Made by a program: the position numbers and the translations under genes
Notes under the pieces: model-generated
Database searches by the model: none
What the model was told of the DNA's origin: nothing
Seen by the model: the letters and a program-made list of their open reading frames with translations, nothing else
Origin: Pristiophorus japonicus
Taxonomy: Eukaryota
NCBI RefSeq assembly: GCF_044704955.1
Contig: NC_091989.1
Location: 104,718,001 to 104,782,000, forward strand
Length of the DNA: 64,000 nt
Direction of reading: 5' to 3'
In this document: in pieces, positions 25,101 through 37,100 of the stretch
How positions within the stretch are numbered: position 1 is the stretch's first letter
Layout of the letters: every line of letters starts with the position of its first letter

Positions 25101-28100
25101 TTTTTCATCATTTTTAACATTTTTTGATGAATATTACATTAATTTAAGTGAGGGACATCAGTGCTGGGAAATTGAGCGCTTTGGATAGCCATCATCGCCA
25201 TCAATCACTCACAGATCAGGTATAACACAGGTTAGACACAGAGCAAAGCTTCCTTACTCTGGCCAACAACAGACCTCGGCCCCAGAACAGCAACCACTAC
25301 CGTGTCAGTGTGATATTTTCCATTTCCAATGCCAGCTGTTTTTGTACCAATTTGTGCCAGACGATGGGCATATTGATAAAGTGGTTTGTGTCCCAAGCTC
25401 ATTTCATGTATTATACAGCTAAGAGGGAGACCTTTTACAACCCATCTGTCTTGTACTGGGTTGGAACCCAAGTCTCAGGGGTGAAAGGGCACTATGATAT
25501 TCCACGGCAGCATTCAGTTCCCCTCCCCCAAAAGCATATTATTTTAATCAGACTAAGATTTTGGTGTGTTGAATGTGACCGAGATGGTGGGATCGGAACT
25601 TACATCGCATTCGATATGGGGGCATTGAGGAGAAAGAGGTTCGATGTAACGAGGTGGCCTCTCCTGCAATGGCCCATGGAACCAGCCGCTGACAGAAAGA
25701 CGGCACATGCCCTCCGACAGAACTTCAGACACCTGGACAGGTAATGCATGCAGCACAGCATTAGGCATCGAATGTTAAAACTCAGACAGGCATGTTACAC
25801 ACTGCACTGAGAACAAGTTATTTACTACTTCACTAAATCACATTTCAGCAAGGAGTTTCCTTATAAATAGCAAACCCTCCCTTACAATGAAATTGAAACA
25901 GTAGCAATTCCTAACATACCCTACTATATGGCACGGAAACCAGACTAGTGAAAAAGCTATATTTCACACTTTCAACATCAAACGATAGTGGATTTTGCGA
26001 TTGAGCCTTAATTAGTCAGGCGATGTGTTATAAGCACCTGCCTGCCATTATGTGCTGACCCCACCTAATTTTTCAGCTCCATTTACGAAGTGGACAAGCT
26101 CCCAGTCAACATTGGGCCTGGTAATTGGGAGCTCGCCAGAGGGGGGCAGGAAATCGTATACCAGCAGCCTTAAAGGGTCAAGTGGCTACATACGGGGATA
26201 AAAATGTTCCTCACCTTTAAAAATATTGGCAGTACTTTTAATGCATGTATAATGATTTGCAAATGTCGTTTGGATGACAAACATGCCTGGCAAAACTTAC
26301 TGGCTTGGCGGTAAAATGTATGGCAGGAGGTTGAGTGCGTAGCCAAGTGCTGGAGTGGGGCAAAATTCCAATCCAAGTTTAATGGCTGGTGAAGTGGAGG
26401 TGGTACAAAATGAGCTGAAAGTGAGGAGGGCAACCCTGCTTTCCACTCCAGGGTACCCCTGACAGCACTGCAATATGCCTAGAAGGAGGCAGAGCATTTG
26501 AGGTCATAGTTAACCACTTTATGCTACACATTAGCTACTGTGTCCTTGCAACAGGTGGCACAGCTCTGCATCTGCCTCTCTGCAGAGTCTACGTAGTCAG
26601 TTCCACACAATCTTTGTCAGGTAGGGGTTGTCTGTAAATGTGGGTGGGCGCAGTCTGTCTCAGTTTCAGCCTGACCTGCCCGGCATTCCTCTATTCCTGC
26701 TCCTTTTACATAGCTTGGCAGGTGGATGGGAACCTGAGAATAGATTCAGAAGGGAGGGGAGTAAAGCTGGAATTAGAAAACAAAAATAAAGAAAGTGAAT
26801 TTGAAGGATATAGGAAACAAGCAGGAAAAAAGGGTAAAAAAAAAACAACATTTAAAGGCTCTTTGTCTAAATGCACATAACATTCATAACAAAATAGATG
26901 AGTTGACAGTACAAATAGATACAAATGGGTATGATCTGATAGTCATTACAGAGACGTGGTTGCAAGGTGACCAGGACTGGGAACTAAATACTCAGGGGTA
27001 TTTGCCAATCCGGAAGGACAGATATAAAGGAAAAAGAGGTAGGGTAGCTCTGTTGATAAAGGATGGAATCACTGCAATAGTGAGAAACGATATTGGCTCA
27101 AATGATCAGGATGTTGAAACAGTTTGGGTGGAGATAAGGAATCATAAGGGGAAAAAGTCACTGGTGGGCGTAGTCTATAGGCCCCCTAACAGTAGCAACT
27201 CTGTTGGTCGGAGTATAAACCAAGAAATAGAGGGGACTTGTAAAAAGGGAACAGCAATAATCATGGCCGATTTTAACCTCCATATTGATTGGACAAATCA
27301 AATTGGTCGGGGTAGCCTTGAGGAAGAGTTCATAGAGGGCATAAGGGACGGGTTCCTTGAGCAGTATGTATCGGAACCAACCAGGGGGCAGGCTATCTTA
27401 GATCTGGTCCTGTGTAATGAGACAGGATTAATAAACAATCTCCTAGTAAAGGATCCCCTTGGAATGAGTGATCATAGCATGGTTGAATTTCAAATTCAGA
27501 TGCAGGACAAGAAAGTTGGATCTCTAACCAGCATACTAAGCTTAAATAAAGGAGACTACAAAGATATGAGGGCAGAGTTGGCTAAAGTGGACTGGGAAAA
27601 TAGATTAAAGTGTAGGACGGTTGATGAACAGTGGCGTAATTTTAAGGAGATATTTCACAACTCTCAAGAAAAATATATTCCAGTGAGGAGGAAAGGGTGT
27701 AAGAGAAAAGATAGCCATTCGTGGCTAACTAAAGATAAAGGACGGTATCCAATTAAAAACAAGGGCATACAAAGTGGCTAAAACTAGTGGGAGGACAGAA
27801 GATTGGGATGCTTTTAAAAGCCAACAAAGAATGACTCAAAAAATGATTAAGGGAAGATAAACTATGAAATATAAAAACAGATAGCAAGAGTTTCTATAGG
27901 TATATAAAAAAGAAGAGTGGCTAAAGTAAATATTGGATGACAAGACCTCCAATTACTAAGGGAATTAGTAATGGGGAACATGGAGATGGCAGAAATTCTG
28001 AACAAATATTTTGTATCGGTCTTTACGGTAGAGGACACTAAAAATATCCCAACAGTGGATAGTCAAGGGGCTGTAGGGGGGGGGGGGGAGGAACTTAACA

Positions 28101-31100
28101 CAATCACAATGAGGTGGTACTCAGTAAGATAATGGGACTAAAGGCGGATAAATCCTCTGGACCTAATGGCTTGCATCCTAGGATCTTAAGAAAAGTAGCA
28201 GCAGGGATAGTGGATGCATTGGTTGTCATTTACCAAAATTCCCTGGATTCTGGGGAGGTCCCAGCAGATTGGAAAACTGCAACCGTAACGCCCCTATTTA
28301 AAAAAGGAGGCAGACAAAATACAGGAAACTATAAACCAGTTAGCCTAACATCTGTGGTTGGGAAAATGTTGGAGTCCATTATTAACGATAACGGAATAAA
28401 GGGTTATGGGGAGCAGGCAGGGAAGTGGACCCGAGTCCATGATCGAATCATCCATGATCGTATTAAATGGCGGAGCAGGCACGAGAGGCCATCTGCCCCA
28501 CTCCTGCTCCAACTTATTATGTTCTTATTAAAGAAGAGGTAGCTGGACATTTGGATAAGCAAAATTTGGTCAGGCAGAGTGGATTTATGAAGGGGAAATC
28601 ACGTTTGACAAATTTGCTGGAATTCTTTGAGGATGTAACGAACAGGGTGGATAAAGGGGAACCTGTGGATGTGGTGTATTTGGAATTCCAGAAGGCATTT
28701 GACAAGGTGCCACATAAAAGGTTACTGCACAAGATAAAAGTTCACAGGGTTGTGGGTAATATATTAGCATGCATTGAGGATTGGCTAACTAACAGAAAAC
28801 AGAGAGTCGGAATAAATGGTTCATTCTCGGGTTGGCAATCAGTAACTAGTGGAGTGCTGCAGGGATCAGTGCTGGGACCCCAACTATTTATAATCTATAT
28901 TAATGACTTGGAAGAAGGGACCGAGTGTAACGTAGCCAAGTTTGCTGACGATACAAAGATGGGAGGAAAAGCAATGTGTGAGGAGAACACAAAAAAACAG
29001 CCGAAGTGAATGGGCAAAAATTTGGCCGATGGAATATAATGTTGGAAATTGTGACGTTATGCACTTTGGCAGAAAAAAAATCAAAGAGCAAGTTATTATT
29101 TAAATGGAGAAAAATTGCAAAGTGCTGCAATACAGCAGGACCTGGGGGTACTTGTGCATGAAACACAAAAGGTTAGAATGCAGGTACAGCAAGTGATCAG
29201 GAGGGCCAATGGAATCTTGGCCTTTATTGCAAAGGAGATGGAGTATAAAAGCAGGGAAGTCTTGCTAATTATACAGGGTATTGGTGAGGCCACACCTGGA
29301 ATACTGCGTGCAGTTTTGGTTTCCATATTTAAGAAGGATATACTTGCTTTGGAGGTAGTTCAGCAAAAGGTTCACTAGGTTGATTCTGGAGATGAGGGGG
29401 TTGACTTATGAAGAAAGGTTGAGTAGGTTGGGCCTCTACTCATTGGAATTCAGAAGAATGAGAGGTGATCTTATCAAAATGTATAAGATTATGAGAGGGC
29501 TTGACAAGGTGGATACAGAGAGGATGTTTCCACTGATAGGGGAGACTAGAACTAGGGGGCATAATCTTAGAATAAGGGGCCACCCATTTAAAACAGATGA
29601 GGAGGAATTTCTTCTCTCAGAGGGTTGTAAATCTGTGGAATTCGCTGCCTCAGAGAGCTGTGGAAGCTGGGTCATTGAATAAATTTAAGACAGGGATAGA
29701 CAGTTTCTTAACCGATAAGGGAATAAGGGGTTATGGGGAGCGGGCAGGGAAGTGGACCCAAGTGCATGATTGGATCAACCATGATCGTATTAAATGGTGG
29801 AGCAGGCTCGAGGGGCTGTATGGCCTACTCCTGCTCCTATTTCTTATGTTCTTGTATGTTCTTATAAGTAAAGGAGGATTCCCATTTAGAAACCCAGCAT
29901 TCTAATATTGTAAACATACTTAAATAAAGAATAGCAGTGCCAGAACACTTGGCCCAAAACCTCCTGACCAAGTAAATGGAAAGAAGAACAAAGGTTCAGA
30001 AATAGTCTCTCTATTATTCATGCATAACTTCATTGTCCACAGCTAGTTACTGCCCAGCTTATCCTGAACTTTATCACATCTTTACCTGATGGTGAGACGT
30101 GGGGGAAACCTCAAAGAAAACTAATGTGTTCCACGAAGGAGTTAAAGACTTAGCAATCTGCTGAGGCTGATAACGATCTGTAAAAAACAATTAATTCAGT
30201 TGCATAATCATAAGGCTGCAGAGTTCGGAGTCATGCATGTAGAGTATATTTATTTAATTGCTAGTTATAAATTGCAATATTATTTTGTGTTCATTTCATA
30301 TTGGAATCATCAGATCTAAAACTTCTACCCCACCCCCAAGTCTGTCCTGACCTTGAACGAGAGACTGGAAGTGAAACAAAATAAATCTAATCAATTGCAT
30401 CATCCAGTTCTGCATCAGGCAGTGGAGACTTTCAGCCACAATGCAGAATTGAGATTCAAGTTGGAGCTCAAGTTATTGGACAGGGATCTAATCCATTGCA
30501 CCATCCAGTCCTACATTCAAAAGAGACCTTAATTTTCGAAGCCACAGCTGGGTTTGTAGCAGAATGCCAGACCTAAAAAGGAGAGTCTTCTGACACAATT
30601 CCTTGTATGACAGTACAGTGGCAGTCTAATTTCACTGCACGAGATACCCTTACTTACACAAAATAACCTGTTTGTTACTTCCTCATTTTAATTTGATCTG
30701 ATACAATAGTCATTTTAATTCTGAATTCCACCATGAGAAACTGGCCTGAGATTGCGAGGTCCTTTTACCCTGCTGTAGCCTCACAGTCAGTAAACACACT
30801 GAATCCTACCAACAGCATTAATACACAGTGCTAGTACATGGGTGCATTGTGATAACACAATGGTTATGCCCAGTACCCAACAGTGTGCCAGGGTATTCAT
30901 AACATCAATTGTCGAGAAATGTAACTTCAAGTTCGACACAAAACTAATGCCCACAACTATGCTGGGGCTCAGATAGACACCTCTGGGGTGGAGGCTCTAA
31001 TGAGTCAGGGCTAAAGCTACAACAATCAGTTATATTTAGTAAATCCTACTCACCATCTGCATCATAAAGGTCCAAAGTGCCACCGTCACTTGTTGCCCAC

Positions 31101-34100
31101 TCAGGAACAAGATACAAGATGAACGCTATTCTCCGCCCTTCTAACTCATCATCGTGACACAGCAACACATCTGCAACAGCGTCAACATTTTAGAGCAGTT
31201 GTTATCTAAACAATGCTTACTGATGCTTGAGCATTTCATTTTCAGTTTAACAATTTTCACTGATACATTTACGGATTTAAAAAAAAATGTATTCCTCTGG
31301 GGCTCTGCTGATGGCTTAGTGAGTGACATCAAACATCCTGTACACTAAACTACACAGGCCAGGCGGGTTCCAGATTCCATTACTGGTCGGTATGGAGTTT
31401 GCCGATCCTAGCAATTGCAGTAATGGGAACACTACAAATTAGCCTTGCATCCAATTCAATTGCCCCTGCTGTAAGGCTGTGTTCAGTTACGATGGCCCCA
31501 TAATCAAGTATTCAGTTAATACTCAGCGTCCAGACTCATGCGAGGAATGACATTTTGTGCGAAGCCTTGAACATCTGTCCGCTGCCATGGAACTGTCACC
31601 ACTTTCAAGGGAGAAAGAGATGGGGGGCTGGGCAGGGGGAATGCTTCTGATCAGTCTTCACAAGATCTCCCAGAATAAAGAGATTTCCTAACCCATATCA
31701 ACCTCAGCTTGGCTTACTTGGCAGCAATGTTCCTGCTAAGCTGCACGCACACGGCCGCACAGTAATCCGAAAGATCTCGTGCAGACCGCTAACCGGCCCT
31801 TACATTGCAAATACCGCACATGTGCAGAAATTTAAAGGGACCATGCATTAAAAGAAACAGGTCACGCAGAGCAAAGCGAAGCTTACAGGTAACATTGCTT
31901 GGCAGCACCCTCAACTCTTACTTAGATTATAAAACCAAATCTCACTCCAACATAATCCAGGTTGACACTCCAGTGTAGCGCTGCAGTAGTGCTGCATTGC
32001 TAAAGGTGCATCCTTCCGACAAAACCTCAAACGCAGGCCAAAGCAGGGAGTACCCCTAATGTCCTGGTCAACAATTCCCGCTCAAGCAACACCAAAAATA
32101 AATTCACTGGTTATTCATCTCACTGCTATATAAAAAATAACTGTCATAAGAATAAAAGAATTAGGAGCAGGAGTAGGCCATACGGCCCTTTGAGCCTGCT
32201 CCGCCATTCAATAAGGTCATGGCTGATCTTCTACCTCAACTCCAGCTTTCCGCCCGATCCCCATATCCCTCGATTTCGCTAGAGTCCAAAAATCTATCGA
32301 TCTCCGCCTTGAATATACTCAACTGTTGCGTTTACCCACATAGCAAGTCATTGTACTTCAAGGACAGTAGTTATGCACAAAACATTTTGTGACCTCTGTA
32401 AGGGACATGATAAGATGCTGTATAAATCAAATCCATCTCTCTCTCAAAACTTTGATTTTTTTTTCAGTCTTGTAGTATCTGGTTCTGTATGGCCTTCAGC
32501 TACATATAAAAACTACATCAGATGTGGTCTATGCTTTTATCTCAACAAATCCAGTACATTGCATCCAAAACAAATTTAAAACTAGGGAAAACATTTTTTT
32601 TTGCTGACGTTTGTGTCATATTGGGCCATCAGGATAACTTTAAACAACAACTTGTATTCATATAGCATCTTTAACGTAGTGAAATGTCCCAAGACGCTTC
32701 AAAGGAGTATTATGAGCTAAAAATTTGACACCGAGCCCAGTAGAAATTAGCACAGGTAACCAAAAGCTTGGTCAAAGAGGTGTGTTTTAAGGAGGGTCTT
32801 GAAGGAGGAAAGAGAGGTAAAGAGGCAGAGAGGTTTAGGCAGGAAGTTCCAGAGCTCGTGGCCTAGGCAACATAAGGCACAGTCACCAACGGTTGAGCGA
32901 TTATAATCAGGGATGCTCAGGAGGGCAGAATTAGAGGAATACAGACATCTCGGGGTTGTGGGACTAGAGGAGATTAGAGAGATAGGGAAGGGCGAGGCCA
33001 TGGAGGGATTTGAAAATAAGGATGAGAATTTTGAAATTAAGGCATTGCTTAACCGGAAGCCAATGTAGATCAGCGAGCACAGGGATGATGGGTGAGCAGG
33101 ACTTGGTACGAGTTAGGACATGGGCAGCCGAGTTTTGGATCAACTCTAGTTTACGTAGGGTAAAATGTGGGAGGCCAGCCAGGAGTGCGTTGGAATAGTC
33201 AAGTCTCGAGTAACAATGGCATTGATGAGGGCTTCAGCAGCAGATGAGCTGAGGCAAGGGCTGAGACGGGCAATGTTACGGATGTAGAAACAGGCGGTCT
33301 TAGGATTAAAGACACATCCTTACAACAGTGTCAAATTAGTTAAATTTCTGCAATATTCCCAGGGCATACCATAACATAATACTACCATGTATTATTACTG
33401 GTGTATACCACAGCTTCGGTACACCAAATGTGCAGTATTCTCAGTGGTATGACCTTGCCAGTTTGATCTCATGATACAGTATCTCCAATGTAATACTGTT
33501 CATGCAATGTGCCCTGTGCATACTACAGTGCCAGTGAAATGCCACAAATGCAATATCTCCAGTGTAATACAACAGTGCCAGTGTGATATCATGTGCGCAA
33601 CAACCCCCGTATAATACAACATGTGCAGTCCCCAGTAAAATAGAAGTGTGCAATATCCCCAATGTGTACCACACTATGTACTTAGTGTTGTATACCTGTG
33701 TATTCATATTTAGCACAGGATAAATCCACTGTGCTTTCTAGTTTTATACCAGCAATATCTGACAGCCATGTACGAAAGTCTTCAAAGAGTACCTTCCTGG
33801 AGAAAGAGAATAAAAATAGCTGAATGACTGAATCTTAGCTAAACCTGAATTAAAACACAAATTCCACAAAATTTAAACACAGATTGGGGAGAGAAAAATT
33901 CTACAAAACTATAGATAGTATCTGAAATTATAGTACATTACTTCACCAGGTACCTAATGAGAAGCTAGGTTCACACCAATACTGACATCTCAGTGAAGGA
34001 TGGTACAGTGCCTTTTTCAAAGAGGAATACTGTGCAGTAGCTGCTAAGTTTAGCCAAGCTCCTGCCTGGCACCCCCTTAATGAAGGATAAAGATTTTATA

Positions 34101-37100
34101 GCACATATGCCCCAGCAAATCTTGGGTGGAAGGAGTGCAAAATGGTCAAACTATCCACTCCCCTTTAAATAGGCAGTCAGATGGCATGTTCTGTCACTTT
34201 TAGGGATTCAATCTATACAATTAATGCTTTAGCAATGAATATTCAGAAAGTGATTGGCAATGTGCACTCTCTGCTGGTCAGGGAACTGTTCTGCATGATC
34301 TGCAATTACCTTAGCTTTCTGTACAACCCAAAAAATACAGCTGACTGTACTGTACCATCTTCCTTTGAAATCTGTCACTAACATTAACCTGTGATTGGTG
34401 TCCCATCACCTGCTGCACTTGCTCCCTGCAGAATATATGAGGAAGGGGCCAGGAGGTGGACAAAGCTCGCCACTGAAAGTCTCCAGAGAGTCCACAAGGG
34501 AACAAATTGAGAAGACAATCTATCATTAAATGTATCAGATAGGTTTCCACATCGTGTCAAGTTGCTGGAGATGATGTGCCGGAGAACGTGTCGGGGAAAG
34601 GCAATCCATGAATACTTTCTTATGTAATTGTAATTTGCCAGGCAATGGCAATAAGACACAAACTTTATGGTCATTCAAAATGCAGTTGGATACTAGACAG
34701 ATCAGTTTTGGTGGACTCAGTGGAAAGTTGTGTTCCCATGTCTTATGGACAGGGTACTCACTGAAAGTGTTGGCGGGAGCACAATGCAATATGTCGAAAA
34801 GATCATCAGTGAATATTTCAGAAAGGAAATATGATTGAGGGTCTGTGAGAAAACGTTTTGGAGAGAGCACAGTAAAGTGTATGGGGCTAGAACAGGAACG
34901 CAAACACTATCGGCATGAAGGGCAAGAGTGATACAGGCTAGCATGAGGGTGAAGGGTTAAATTGGTCAGTCTCAGCCAGAGAAAGTGTCTAGAACACATG
35001 ACCAAAGAAAAGAAGGAACCTTTTTTTTATAAAAAGGACAGGAAAAAAACATTTGCATGAGATTCCCATGCAGGAGCTTACAGAATTCACAAACAGAATG
35101 AAAGCAACAATAAATATGCTCTGTGCAGCAAGATGGCTTGGCTAAGTTTAACTTGCTTCTGAAAAAAGTTTTGTACCAATGAATCTTCAAACTAGTTTAT
35201 TCCTACTACAGTTCACCCAAATGTGCAGCAGTAGCTTGGTCTCAGAAATGCTAACTTCACCCCTCCCACTTGTTTCCACAACACATACAAAGCATACTGG
35301 AGACGACTCAACAGGAAACCAGTGTTGCAACAAGAGAAATATGCTTGAAAACAACACATTTTAGTCCAATAAATCAGTTCAAATTGTGCCCTGAGCAAGC
35401 TCAGAGAGGATGGGTTCACAGTAACTCACCTGAGTGCTGAGATATGATATTCTTTCCTCCTCCTGAGGTCATCAGACTGTCAGGAAAAAAAACATAATAT
35501 TTACATCTAGAACCTCAATGCCAGTTCTGCCTGAGTATTTACATCTAGAACTTTTCCTTTATTAGCTCCATCTGATTACCTACATCGGGAAACTCAATCA
35601 GTTCTGAATATTCACATCTCGAACCTTACTCTGTCACCTCAGTCTGAATATTTACATTCAGAATCACATCTCCCCAGTGCAACAGACAGACATTTCAAGC
35701 ATCACAATATGGAGGTTGGCTGTATTTTATCCCCTCCAGTCTCTTTTGAATATATTAGCAAATACTCAGAAGTTAAAAAAATGTCCACAACCTTGGTATG
35801 TCTTAAGAGACTAGAAATGGCAGCAGTGATTGTAAGTGGATAGACGGCACAAGTAATTTGCTTGCCCTACATCACTCTGGCAAGACTCTTCCACACCAGA
35901 ATTTCTGTTGTACAAGAATCACCCCGCCCTACATCAGTCCAGGATTTCTGCTGTACAAGAATCACCTCACCCTGCATCAGTCTAGGATTTCTGCTGTACA
36001 AGGATCATCTCATGCTACATCAGTCCAGGATTTCTGCTGTATAAGAATCACCTCACCCTACATCAGTTCAGGATTTCTGCTGTATAAGAATCACCTCACC
36101 CTACATCAGTTCAGGATTTCTGCTGTACAAGGATCATCTCATGCTACATCATTCCAAGAATTTTGCTGCACAAAGACCTTCCAAGATTACAAGAGTGACT
36201 ACACTTCAAAAGTACTTAATTGATTGTACAGCGCTTCAGAATGTCCTGAGGTTGTCAGAGAGGCACTACATAAATACAAGTTAATTCTTTCTTTCTTTCA
36301 TCTGACTCTATCACTCCAGTGTGCCCATTCCACTCTGTTGCAGTGATTCCTCTTGCCCTACATTACTCCAGTGTATCTGGTCCATCTGCTGTTCAGAAAT
36401 CCTGTCAGTCCATATCACTCCAATATCTGTTGCACCATGATACGTGAGGTACTTTCATTCAATACAGTCTGAAAACAATGGAAGCAGCAACTGATGTGCA
36501 CATCGCAACAGTTCTTACCTCTTATTATCAAATTCACTTTGTTATCTCTCTGCACTTAACCCTTCCATTTACCATAATCTGTTTCTCACCTGCTTGAATT
36601 TATAGAGATCGTTGGATTTTTCATGAAAGTTCAGCTGCAGAAGCTCATTCTGAAGCCCCTCCAGGAACAGTTGACTCTGGATAAAATTTGAAATGACACA
36701 GTGTGTAAATGGCCGAGTGCCCAGCAGCAGACTCTGCTCTGCAAAGGGAAAAGGAAAGACACGGTTAAATACGTTGGCAAGGAGCTGTTTTGCTGCAATA
36801 AATTACAGACATGGGAATGTATATGTTACAATTCAATATCTTTGCAAAAGTAAAAAGGAAGTTGAATTGTCACAGACACCTAAAGACCACAAAGAGCAAA
36901 TATCCATACACTGTTACAAGTACCAGTAGCTGCAGTCATAGTTCCAGCCAAGCACGCTCTCATTTATGTTGCCTGGTTTGGACTGAAATTTTTCTGACCA
37001 GGGAAGAGCTCAGCATCTGCAGCGCTCTCCTCCTGGCCATTAATGTTTTAATGTACAGATTGTGCAGGTCAGTGTCTTCGTGTATTCTTTCCATTTAAAT

